Origin: the human T2T-CHM13v2.0 reference genome, Homo sapiens
Assembly (NCBI RefSeq): GCF_009914755.1
Contig: NC_060936.1
Reading direction: 5' to 3' (one strand)
Length of the DNA stretch: 64,000 bases
The translations under genes and the position numbers were made by a program. Each line of letters begins with the position of its first letter. Within the stretch, counting starts at the first letter, position 1. Shown in pieces: positions 33,779 through 46,412 of the stretch. Under the pieces are notes generated by a model, which was not told the origin of the DNA, made no database searches, and was given only the letters and a program-made list of their open reading frames with translations.

Positions 33779-34849
33779 TTTAACTTTTATCCATCAAAAG
33801 GACTAAGTGATATACAATTTTAGTATAATGAACAGAAAAGAAATGAATATAATTAAAAATCAATTTGTGCAATAAAATGATTTAAATTATGTGGATTGGT
33901 GCTGCATAATTTAATAAATTTTTATTTGCACTGTAACATACTTATAAAAGTAGACTTATACAGTGAGTTATATAGTTTTATATATTTCTATGTTTATAGT
34001 TGGAATTATTTCCTTTCAACTTTAAAATTTTTCTCTGGCGTTTCTTGTAAGGCAGGTGTAGTGATGATGAACTACCAGAGCTTTTGTTTGGGAAAATGTT
34101 TCTCTCTCCTTTATATCTGAAGGGCAGTCTTAGGGGGTTAGTATCCTTGGTTGCCACTTTTTAAAATTTTAGCTCTTTGAATATATTATTCCACTCTCTT
34201 CTGGATGCAGGGTTTCTGCTGAGAAATTTGTTGAAAATGTTTTTGGGTTTTCCCTATATGTGATGTATTACTTTTCTCTTTCAAAATTTTCTTTTTGTCT
34301 TTGACTTTTGATAATTTAATTATAATGTGTCTTGTGAAGATTTCTTTATATTTAGACTATTTGGTTACTTTTGGCTTTATGAATCTAGACATTAATTTCT
34401 CTCTCCAGATTTGGGAAGATTTTTGCCATTATTTCTTTAAGTAAACTTTCTGCTTCTTCTCTTTCTTCTCTCATTCTGTTACTACTATAATGCATACATT
34501 GGCTCTCTTGATGATGTACTATAAATTCTGTAGATTTTCTTCACTCCTTTTCATTTTTTGTGTTTCTATAACTGGATAATTTCTAATGACATGTCTTTAT
34601 GCTCACAGATTCTTTCTTCTGCTTGATGAAGTCTGTAGTTGAAGTCTCTATGATATTTTTAAGTTCAATCTTTGTGTCCTTTAGCTCCAAAATTTCTATT
34701 TGATTTTACTTTTAATAGTTTCCATTTTTTGGAACTTTTCATTTTATTCATGTATTATTTTCCTAATATTTGCTTAGTTGTATATTTGTGTTCTCTTCTT
34801 CTCACGGAGCCTCTTTAAGATGATGGTGTTAATGACAATGATAACTGTT

Positions 34850-35134
34850 ATTTTTTGAGACAGGATCTTGCTCTGTCATCCAAGCTGAGTAAAGTGGCAT
34901 GATCATAGCTTACTGTGGCCTCAAACTCCTGGGCTCAAGTGATCATCTCACCTCAGCCTCCTGAGCAGCTAGGATTACAGGTGTGTGCCACCATGGCCAG
35001 CTAATTAAAAAAAAAGTTTTAGAGAAGGGGTCTTGCTATGTTGCCCAGGCTGGTCTCAAACTCCTGGCTTCAAGTGATTCTTCAACCTCGGCCTTCCAAA
35101 GTGCTGATATAGGCATGAGCCACTGTACCTTGCC
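34850..35134 (-). mobile_element. AluJ inside the L1M
   Basis: Antisense Alu with approximate TSD aagatgatggtgtt / aagatgattgtttt. Confidence 0.9.
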
Positions 35135-38100
35135 AAGATGATTGTTTTGAATTCTTTTACAGGTAGCTCATAGATCTCTATTTCCTTAGAGTTTGTGCTT
35201 TGGATGGAGTAGGTACCTTTTCCATTCTTTATAGACTGGCTTCAGCAGGGAAAACCCTTCACCAGTCAGTTCATCTAGAGATTCTGTGTGGGCCATGTAA
35301 CAGAATCTCTGGAGAGACTGGTTTGGTGTCTGGATTAATATTTGAGCAGGTCTGGCACCTGGAAAAACAGAAGCTGGCCAGGCACCATGGTCTACTGCAG
35401 TGGACCTTTAGTCTGGGTCTGCAGAAGCAGGCCTGGAGGTGGGATCCACAAAGACCAGCCTGAAGCCTGGATCCATAGCAACCAGCTAGAAGCTGCAGTG
35501 GACCTGGGACCTGGGTCCATGATATAATAGTAGGCTTGGGTCTTTGGTCCTGGATCCACAAAGTCTGTCCTGGATCCTGGATCTGTAGCAGTGGTCCTGG
35601 AGCTTGGGTCCATGAGGTCAGCCTGGTATTGGGATGTACTGTAGCAGTTCTGGACCCTGGGTTTGTTCAAGTAAATCTGTAGTGTGGGGTTCCAGGGGCT
35701 GGCCTGGACACTGGTGTCATGGGAACCAGTCTGGAGCTGGGCAGACCTGGAGTCTGAGTCTATGTGGGCCAGCCTGGATCCTGGGCCATGGGATCTAACC
35801 TGGTACCAGATTTCACTGAAAAAATATAGCAAAATTCTTTATGCCTATGAGTCCTGTCCACTAGAAGAGTTTAATTAATTGGCTCACTTCTTCATTTTAA
35901 TGGAGGCATAACCTATATACACTATAGTGCATATCTTAATTCCATAGCTTGATAAAATTTTACATATAAATAAACTTGTGTAACTGCTTATGAGAGCTAG
36001 ATAAAGAACAACTCTGTTAGCTTATTCTTAAATTGAACTCTTGATGTTTTTGGAGCAAAGTCTGTGCCCCCAGATCCAGGTGAGGAACAATATATCCCTT
36101 TCTGTAAGCTCTCTTCTTTCCCAAAAAGTGCTTTTTTCTGGCTGCTAAATTTTTCAGGCCATGAGTATATTGCCTACTTCAAGGGAAGCAGATATAGCTC
36201 TGTAGTCCTAATCCTATTCTGAAGCAGTGGACTTGGCCTCTGGTGTTCTAAGATTTTTTGCAGATGTGGCTTTACTTTTTTTTTCTAAAGCATATCTAAC
36301 TTGTTTTCATTTTGTATCCATAATGACTAACAAAGTTGAATATCTTTTCTTGTGTTTATTGGCTATTTCAATTTACTGCTTTGTGAAGTGTCTGTTCAAA
36401 TTATTTGCCTATTATTGAATGGTTATCTCACATTTCTTATCGATTTGTAAGAGTTCTTTCTAATTTCTGGTACAGCCCTTTTTAAAGACTTATGTTGCAA
36501 ATATCTTCTTTATGATCTGCTCTGTTGGTGTCCTGTCAATTGCTGTTTTTATGATTTCCTAGAACACTTTTGGAGGCCACCTCTCAATAAGTTTTGCAAA
36601 TAGCTCCTACTAGAACAATTATTCCACTGTGTAGGATCTTGTTGTTCATTCTCCATTAAACCAATCCTGACCTATTGAAAATGAAGTGAGGCCATTAAAT
36701 ATAAATTGTGCTTTATCCAAAATACAATATGTAAACATTGCATATAACTTTTTGAAATTAAACCTTTCTATGGCATCACGAAGAATTAACAATAGATAAA
36801 GAATTCTGAGCAGTGTTCCATAATGAAGTTTGTTTATTCCAGAGTAAAAGAGAGTGAAGAATCCATGTCCTTATATGTTGTAAGGATATTATAAATATAT
36901 CTGAGTTAGCAGGTAGACATATAACCATTTTAAGGCAGGAGAACAGACCGCTAGATGCTATTGCATTGTTCCTGTATACCTTTGATTCTACGTGTTTTCA
37001 TAAAGGGAAACTATAATTCATGAGAAATAAGACTTTAGACCTATATATTATTTGTTTAATAAAATAGGAAGACATATCAGGAAGCTCAGCATACCTCATT
37101 TAAATGGGCACTGGCATCAATAAAGAAACTATTTTCTCTCAAAATTCTAATCCTTTTAAACGATACATTTTGTTAACCAACAAAAATAATCACAGTCCCT
37201 TGACTTTCTATTTTCTTATTTGAGTGATATGGTGGTTGACCCTAAGAAAACTCTCAGAAGCTCTGTGTGGTATAAGTATTAAGGGGAAAAAGGCAAAACG
37301 AACTTAAATGTTTAACCCTTGTATATAAAGACTGATGCCTAACATAGATCAACGTAATCTAAAGAAAGTTTGAATAATATATTTTTTAGAAAATTCCTCT
37401 CCCGATCAGGAATATCAGACAGCCATTAGTGTTTGTTAGTGTTTCTCTTGCTGTTCCACTTAGTGTTACTGACTTTTGTGCTTTAACCTTTCCTGGAATA
37501 TCTAGCTTTACTGCCAATCTCAACAACCAGTGGAAATCTGACTGAGGAGCTTTTTCTAAATCCCGTGATGGAAACCTTCTATAATGAGGAGGCACATTCT
37601 GCGTCATTGAGAATAAAGCTATCAATCATAAGTAATCTATGGCAATAAAATAATAAAGATAACAATGTTTTTCCTTTATCTCCCTGTTTTTGTGTTTTAG
37701 GATCCCTGTAGGACTCAATTTAATGTTGAGGGATAGGTAACATTTCACTGATTATTTCTGTATACCTACCAATTCCCAAAGGGCTGTGATGAAGGCTTAC
37801 TATTTAAAAATGGAAGGTACAGAACAAAGTTAATAAGTTTTATTCAAGGAAATATTTCAAAGTCATTGATATAACATCTGTTTCAAATTGTCATGAATAT
37901 ATGTGGCACATGAAAAGAAAGCAACCTCAAGAATTAAAACTCAAGTTTTACTTTTAATTTTTCTCCCATAACAAATAACAAGTACTTGAGAAAGTCATTA
38001 AAACACTCTGGGCTTCACTTCACTCTCCTCATTTTCAAATTAAAGATTTAGGAAAAAAAGATTCCCTGATATTTTTTGCTTCATTATTTTAAGATAAAGT

Positions 38101-39284
38101 TTAGTTTTATAAAGTTAGATTAATAAAAATTTAGGTTTTAAAGGAGAAAATAAAAGAGCAATATCTATTGGGAGATAACCAGTTTTAATAATATCGTAGA
38201 TACATTTTTCACCTACATGAATATTGTTTTCACCTACAAACAATATTGTTCTGTAAAGATGACACAAATGGTAGATGTCAGTTTAGAAGCCCATGTTTGA
38301 TTACCCATGAATAGAACATACTGCTCTTTCTCAAATTTGCATCATTAGATGGAGCCCTTGAGGGAATAACATTTCAGGAGATGAAATTTTGAGGATTCAC
38401 ATTTGAAATGGAAGATTCCAATCCTCATACAAATCCAAAGGGAATTAAAGCTCTTCTCTTGAAGTTCAATGCACTTTAACTTGGCTTTGGATAAACAGAG
38501 TGCCAAGCTGAGCTAATGATTTTCCCCAACTTCTACGACTGTTCTTCTTATTCCATTCATACTGCTTTGAAGTAGATAGCTTTTAAAATTTTCTAAACTG
38601 AAATTCTAATAGTCTTCCTATCCAAATTGTGTGAGTCAGGGCAAAGAAAAAAGTTGAAAATACAAAGTAGATGTTTGGATAAGGCTATATTTGCAGAAAC
38701 TCACATAAGGGCTTAAGAGAAGACAGTAGTGGAATAATAATGTGAAATTAGTCTATGTTTATAATAACTGTTGTCCTGTTCCCTGATAAGACTGCTTTTG
38801 TGTTACTTTTAAAAAATACTACAGTCATGATCTGGTCACTTCTTCCTTCCTACAGCCACTATTATTTATTTCTGCAGTGTGCTCCTGTGCCCCACTACCA
38901 TCGCCCCACATCTCATTCTGAATACTATACAGCTATCAACTTTCTCTTTGACACTGACTATCCTATTTGTTTTCTAATTTCTGCCCTTATCTTGTATAAA
39001 AGAAGATAATTGGTCACAATCTTGCCTCCTGTCTGTAATAGCTCTGATTCTTTTCTGTTAATGTCTTCCTCTGCATGCCAAAGACATGGCTGCCACTGCC
39101 TTGGATCCTGTCTCTGGTTTTAACCTACTACTTGGCTGTCTTACCAACTCATCCTCACCCTCCATATACCAATACATGCTGTCAGTATGTGGGAGGCAAT
39201 CTTTTCTTTCATCCTGCTGTAAATATCCCAAAGAAGAAATGCATGCATTCTAAGGAACATTCATATCATTCATCATTATCACTA

Positions 39285-39510
39285 ATATTTATTGAATATT
39301 TATGAATGTGCCAAGATAAGTACTTTATACATGTAATGTTATTTAATTATCACAAAATGCTATGAGTTAATTACTGTTTCTCTTTCATAGATAAAGAGAA
39401 TGAATGCAGCTTAGAGAGGTTAATTAGTATGCTCTAATTACACAGCTAGTAAGTGATGAAGATTGATTTTGACACTGCATCTGACTTCACAACATAAACA
39501 CTTAACCCTT
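39285..39510. mobile_element. MIR
   Basis: atttattgaata..tgtgccaag..; ttagagaggttaatta..cacagctagtaagtg. Confidence 0.65.
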
Positions 39511-41325
39511 GGGTTCTGTTACTCAAGAAAAGTTTTCTTCTTTGGGTGTATTCTCTCAATCAAGCCTTTCTCCTGCTTATAAAATGGTCTTTCTTATTTT
39601 TGTAATTTTTCATAGATAATTGGTAAAGTATCAATTTCTACCATTAGAAACCTTTTTTTCGGATATGCAGTGTTTGAGACAAGCATAACTCTTTAGAAAG
39701 CAATTAATTAAGTTCTTTCAGTTTTAATAATGCTCCAGGTCAAATGGAGGAGCCAAGTCCTGAGTTCATGGAAATCACTGGATTTGATGTTTTGTGTTTA
39801 TGTGAGAACCAACATTTTTTTTTTTTTTACTTCCTAATTTCCTTCTATGGAGGCAAGTTTGTCTTAATTTTCCTTTCGAGGTGTTGTGAAAAAATGCCAT
39901 TGTTCACCACATTGTTCTCTGGATCCTCTATACAACTTCCAACATCTCACTTCCAACGTTTTTGCTAAGGGAATGCATAACGTGTCATCCATCTTTATTT
40001 TTAAATTGAATTTCTATGAACTAAATTAAATCTTACATTAGATATTATACATTAACGTGGGTCTCTCTATTATAGATGCTTTCTCTGATGCTCCTTTGTG
40101 ACTCCTTTTTTTCTACTGACAAATCAGAAAGTTCTCCTAGATCCTTTCCCAAAAGAGTTTTTGGGTCATCAGGCAATTACATTTGTGTTATCTTAACCTT
40201 TTGTTGTTTATCATTCTTGTCACAGTTAAGGAAGACAGCAGAATCCATATATCATTTGACAATTGTTAGTAACACAGAACACCATGAAATAGGTGGTAAA
40301 TCATAGGAAGGAAATGTTCCGGTTAAAGCCACCTCAAACTCCAGGGGCCATTCCTGGGTAGCAGCAATGCTGTTATTGTTCTCTACAAGCTATATAAGTG
40401 AGGATCCCCAAATTTCTACAGCAGAGAGGGAAGTATGAGTCTGATTTAAAGATATTTTCTTTCTTTCTTTTAGCTACCTCGCTGGCTTTGAGCACAACCC
40501 AGGAAGAAGTTTGAAACCAAGAAAATGGTAAGTCTGATATGATGACAGTTATAAAGTTTTGAGACATGTTAGCAACTAAATTGTCTTTTTTGCTTCAGTC
40601 ATGTTTTTCCTTTCCTTTTTCCTAGACCATAGAGAACAAGATGTAACAGAATTATATTACAATTTCAACCCTAATTCCAACATAACAACTGACTAGACAA
40701 TCTACTCAGCACATGACTTGTTAAATCATGATTCCACTTCATATTTGTCTTTTTAGTCTATTGATTTCTCTTATCAGTTACATACGATGTCAGTTCTTCT
40801 AATCAGTAGTACAGATTAACAACGACTACACCCTAACATTTCTAAGATTTCTCTTATCCTTTCTCAAGAGTCTTGCCTTATTATTTTAATCATGTGGTAT
40901 TGAAATTTCAGGGAGATATTTAGCTTATTTTGAATAGCATTTCTAATAGTTAATTGAAATAATCAAAGGACAATTTCTTGTTGATACACTTGTCACTTTG
41001 GTCAATTAAAATACAATTTTAGAATGCTAATTAAATTGATTAAAGAAGTTTTTTTTCTATAGAATTGTAAAGATAAGCCTTCTTCAACTTACTAATCTTA
41101 AATTAAGAATGTATTTACTGAATACCTATTATGTAGAGGGTGCAAAAGAAACATGTGATGTGACTTACTGCGTTTAGGTAACAGACCATCTGAGTAAGGG
41201 TCGAATATACTTAGTAAGGTAGTACATAAAAGAAGTACTAAATTCGACGTCTTTACTGATAGATTATGTAATACAAACAAGTGATACACATTCCATAGAC
41301 CCGCAGGATTAAGATAATGACCAAG

Positions 41326-41819
41326 GGAGTCAGTCTCTCTTTGCAGTACTGTATGAGAGCAGAGTAAAAGTCGGCGATAGAGGGCTCATGGCAGGACAAG
41401 TGTTTAGAAAGTTACTTCCACTCTTTGACTAAGTATTGGTTGAAAGGTGTGCCGCCAAAACTGTAACCAAAGGAGCCATTATGCTTCTGGAAAAATCTCA
41501 AGGAAAAGTATTGGCAGCCACAGTAGTAGCTGTTGGATCAGGCTCTAAAGGAAAGGGTGGAGAGATTCAACCAGTTCGTGTGAACGTTAGAGATAATGTT
41601 CTTCTTCCAGAATATGGAGGCACCAAAGTAGATGACAAGGATTAGTTCTCATTTAGAGATGGTGACATTCTTGGGAAGTATGTAGACTGAAATAAATCCT
41701 GTTGAAATAGCATCGACACGAAGCTTCCCATTCCACTGAAGTTCTGAAATCTTTCATCATGTAAATAATTTATATATCTCTCTTTTACACTAAGCTAATG
41801 ATAAATAATGACACAAATA
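41326..41819 (+). pseudogene. HSPE1: Processed pseudogene of HSPE1 (mitochondrial Hsp10); former CDS 41388-41690
   Basis: Reads MAGQVFRKLLPLFD*VLVERCAAKTVTKGAIMLLEKSQGKVLAATVVAVGSGSKGKGGEIQPVRVNVRDNVLLPEYGGTKVDDKD*FSFRDGDILGKYVD*. It is intronless with two stops and a 2-codon deletion. Both UTRs are present, with TSD ataatgac(c/t)aag at 41314-41325 and 41820-41831. The symbol is the parent gene; the pseudogene number is not determined. Confidence 0.97.
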
Positions 41820-43527
41820 ATAATGACTAAGTTATTTGAATCAAATAAAAAGAGATTAAAAGGAGCCAGATGAAATGAACAAGAATGGAGTATACTTGAT
41901 TGAATTATTTTTTCATAGTTATGTTTGCACTATTATATGTCACGCTATTGCAATGAACATTAAAAGAGTAGTGCTTGGAATAAGATTAATAGTAACTATT
42001 GTACATTTATCATTTGAACCTCTCCATGCTTATGGATTTTGTTATTTTAAAAAGTACCATTTTTCACATACAAATAATATAAAACATAATTTAAAATTGA
42101 AATATTTACAAGTCAACCTCAGGTGTCATTACAAAGTTTTCAGCTAAATTTTAAAATCATGTTTTTAGTTTTAAGAACCTATTTTTTTCATTCTTGTTAG
42201 TTTATCTAATATTCCTTTTTGTAACTTACATTCTATATTTGGTCTTATATGTTTTCAATGTTATATATTACTTAAAAATAAACTTAAAGTAGGAAGCCAC
42301 ATTATGAACAAAATAAAAGGACCATGAAAATGGTTGCAATTGATATCTAGAAATAGGATGATGTATAAAGTGGGTTGCATCAAAGCTATACTTACATTTA
42401 CCACAGGGTGACACCCTAGCATCATTAATGAAAATAAAACTCGAATACATACAGAAGCATAATCACAATATGATGAAAACTAGCTCAAATTATTACAAGT
42501 TCTTTCTTTCAAGGAAATCATCATGAGGAACCAGGGTTTAAGCATTATGCTTAGTATTTTATAAGTTTAATTTTCCCTGACTCTAGTTACCTCTAGATTT
42601 TAGATAATTCTAAAAAATTATCTTAAATAATTCTAAATAATTATCCAGAATGATTCTATGTAATTAGAGAAAACTAGATAATTCTAACATCTAATTGTAC
42701 TTCTTCTCTTGGCATCTGCCCTTTCCTCCTAGTCATATCTTCTTTTATTTAAAGAGAAAAATGAATCCTACCTAATCCTCAAGCCAGTTATGTATCAGCT
42801 CACTCAGTTCTTGAAAAATAATCCTTGATTTGTAGAATCCACTTTCTAATTACTCTCCAATCAACAGGAGTTTTGTCTCCAATGCCATCTTTCTATTAAA
42901 ACTAGCTTTCAAAGTTTCAATGAGCTCAATGAGTATCAAAATGAGCTTGCATTTGACACTAACTGCTGTTCATCCTCCTCCTTCGGAAACTCTCTTCTAG
43001 TAAGGTTTGATGGCATTAGCCTCTTCTAAATTTGTTGTTATCTGTTAGGTTGTTGCTATTCTATTTTATTAGTTCTTCTTCCTTAGCCTCTTCCTTATAT
43101 GGTTGCATCCTCCAGAATTTTGCCACCAAAAGATCTGTCAGCCAGTCAGTTTTCTGTAGAGTAGCCCAGAGACTATTTTCTCAATCCTTTCCTTCGAGTT
43201 TAAGAAACACAATGCAGCCAGTATTGATTTCATAAGGTGGTGGGTTTTGGGGCATGCACATCTTTTTCTTGAGTTTCCATCCAAGATTTAAGGTTTTAGT
43301 TCCTGATGCTGAGAACACTCAAGGCAGATGGCAGGCGGCTTCCCCTCTGAATCCTTTTCAGGCTCATCCTTCTATCTTTTCAACTTATCCACTGCCACCA
43401 CTTGTCTCTTCTTGCATTGATTCTGACGAGTGGTTCTACTGCTGGGCTCTACTGTTGGGTAGGGAGAAAAAAGCGGTCTTGGATCCTGCATGTGAAGGTG
43501 GAGAGGAAAATAACTCCAAGTGTTGTA

Positions 43528-43910
43528 TTGTGTTAGGTCAGATTCTTCAGAAGCCAATCCTTAAATGGGACTGCTTTTAAGAATATTTATTGAGAGCTCT
43601 CTCCGAGAGGGGATTTAGGAAGCAGGGTAGATAAGGAATAAAGCTAAGCAAAATGTGGTCTCACGCGCAGACTAGCTTAGTCTAACCCCACAGAGAAAAG
43701 TCTGGAACACCTATTGCTCCATAGAGTTAGTCTCACTTGAGGCAGGGAGGCCAGACTTTTATACCTTCATGTCAGAGAGCCACTGCTAAGGGTAGTTACC
43801 TGGAGAATGGGGTAGCTGTGAGTTGCTAGTAGCCAATACTCAACAGCAAGTCGATGGCCACTGGCCAGTAAAGGGGATGAGGGCAGGGCTCCCATAATTT
43901 CCCTACCTGT
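43528..43910 (-). mobile_element. ERVL LTR, LTR16-like
   Basis: Terminus tgtgttaggtcagattcttcagaagcc, antisense polyA signal atttattg, and cttttatacc. Confidence 0.55.
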
Positions 43911-44039
43911 TGTCTTCAGACGGAGGATCTGAAAGCAAATCATACTTTTTCACTGCAAAGGTTAATCCTTGCTAATATCCTAGAGGTAGACACGTTCTGT
44001 CTTTGTCCTAGTGTTTAGTCACTTTTAAAAACTCCATTT

Positions 44040-44615
44040 ACATATGGACAACAAAAAGTAGAAACTTTACAGTGGAGAAAGCTGGCACATACCATCTTAA
44101 ATAAGTAATCAAGTTAACAGCATCAGTAAGTACCAAGACACAGTGATATCAGGCACCCCCTGATGTGATCCAAGGAGAAGGGCTCTTCACCTCTGTGGTA
44201 CTCTTTCCAAAATCCATAACTGCAGTTTAGTTATAAAAAAATCAGACAAACACGAATTGAAGGACACTCTATAAAACAGCTGACCAGTACTCTTCTTAGA
44301 TATACAGGTCATAAAAGACAAGGAAAGACTGTGACACTCTCACAGATTAGAGGAAACTAAGAAGTTATAAATAATGCAAGGTGGGATCTTGCATGGAATC
44401 CTGAAACAGTAAATGAACACTAGTGGAAAAAAGGAAATTTAAATTAAATTTATAGTGTAGTTGAGAGTATTCTACCACTGCTAACTTCTTCATTTTGATA
44501 GTTGTACCATGGTTATGTAAGAGGCAAACATAAAAGGAAGGTAAGTGAAAGGTATACAGGCACTCTCTATTATTTTGGCAACCACTCCGAAATCTAAAAT
44601 CATCCAAAACTTAAA
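44040..44615 (+). mobile_element. Old L1MC 3' end
   Basis: actttacagtggagaaa.ctggca; aatcagacaaac; gtaccatggttatgtaaga. Confidence 0.7.
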
Positions 44616-44725
44616 ATATTTTTTTCCTTTACAAATCCTTATTCTGTTTACTTATAAATGAGGGACTGGGTTTGTGATGAAGAAGAATCCATTCTGCCAT
44701 ATTACAAGTGCATATAGTTGACAAA

Positions 44726-44799
44726 ATAATATTCCTATTGAACAGTGAAAAATCAATAACATAATATTCCTATTGAACAGTGAAAAATCAATAACATAA
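44726..44799 (+). repeat. Perfect tandem duplication, 2 x 35 bp
   Basis: ataatattcctattgaacagtgaaaaatcaataac at 44726 and 44761. Confidence 0.97.
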
Positions 44800-45194
44800 A
44801 GGAATATGTATGTCAAGCATAATTTTATGCTACATATTCACTGAGATGATACATGACAAATGGATGTAGTATGGCAAATAGAAAAGAGCTACTTTGTTTT
44901 CCAGTCACTTACTATAGTAATTGCCTTAGAATGAGAACAACATATTATCAAGTCAGTTTAGAATTTGCTGCAAGAAGATGTTTGGGCAAGAAGAAAGCAC
45001 TTATTTTATACTTTATTCTCCATTTCCCCTAGGTGGTTGGGAAGACCAGGATGCGCAATGGCAAGGTGAGATCCTGGTTATCTCTTTTTCTTCTAGCATT
45101 TGTTTCCCTAAGTGGAATACGAGATTTACTGCATTTTTTTGGTGAATGATATGAAATAGAGGACAGATGTTCATGACTGGAGGGCTTATTGAGA

Positions 45195-45540
45195 ATTATG
45201 TTAAGCTGTAAGTAATAGAATTCTTGACTAACTGTAGCTTAAACAAATAGCAGTTTCATTTTTGTATATAATGGGAAGTCTGGAGGTAGACAGGCTCCTG
45301 TATTTCGGCTCCTCTGTCTTCCTTTGGGGGTGCTCCACCCATTGCAAGATACCCAGCAGCCCTGCCTCACTTACTGAATAGTTAGGGAGCTCCAGTGCTG
45401 TGACAGTCAGATCAGCCAGCAAAGAGTTCCGAAATGCTCCCACTTGAGATCCACTGGGCACATTATTCCCCTGAACAAAATCAGGGTTCTATTAGCAAAG
45501 AAGAGGAGAAAGAGAACTTGGGCTAGCACTCCCTGCCAGA
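45195..45540 (-). mobile_element. Old MaLR LTR (MLT1I-L-like)
   Basis: gctgtaagtaatagaa..gcttaaacaaatag; gaagtctggaggtagacag; aacaaaatcagggttct. Confidence 0.55.
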
Positions 45541-46112
45541 GAAGATAATGAAGTAGAAAACAAAGGGCAGCATTACATTTATTTACTTTTACTCTCAGAT
45601 CAGGGACTGACCTGCATTGGAAATTAGTTACTGAGTACATTGTGCAATGTGCAAAAGTAATGTAACATAATGTAATTCTGCCACCTGAAACTGCGACCAT
45701 GTTACACGTAGCAAAGAGGGAGTGAGGGAAAGGAAGGTAAAAGACATCACTATCATCTGATAAACAAGCAAGAGTTGGAGAATAATTACCCACAGGGTAA
45801 TTGAGAGGATTGAACAAAGTCATAGTGAAAGAAAATGTCACAGAAAAATGAGCTATGCAGGACATTTTATCAAAACTTTTTTCCAGAATTAATCAGACTG
45901 ATGAAAGAAAACATTGTAATATGTATAGCTCCTCCACGAAAAGTGTGGTAAGCTGCTCCAATTCTGTTACTCTCCTATTAAAGGAAACTAAGGGTTATAG
46001 AGAAAAGAAAAATTCATCTTTAAGCTGAAATTAATACTTGATTGATTCTATAATTCTACTATTTTTCCTTTTTTTTTCTTTTTTAGGAAGTCAATTCAGA
46101 CAACCATGTTAG

Positions 46113-46412
<300 letters not shown>

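Larger units (their letters stand above)
31590..35830 (-). mobile_element. Old L1M (L1MA/L1M2-4 age): ORF2 fragments, ORF1 region and 5'UTR, with nested insertions
   Basis: The track shows EN-like and ORF2 peptides at 31949-32697. T-rich antisense ORF1-like text at 34040-34810 and a GC-richer tandem 5'UTR at 35380-35800. Confidence 0.8.

Noticed and set aside
41436-41645. 69-aa GroES-like ORF as a functional or bacterial gene
   Set aside because: It lies between two nonsense codons of a processed HSPE1 copy with mammalian UTRs and a TSD, and starts at TTG.
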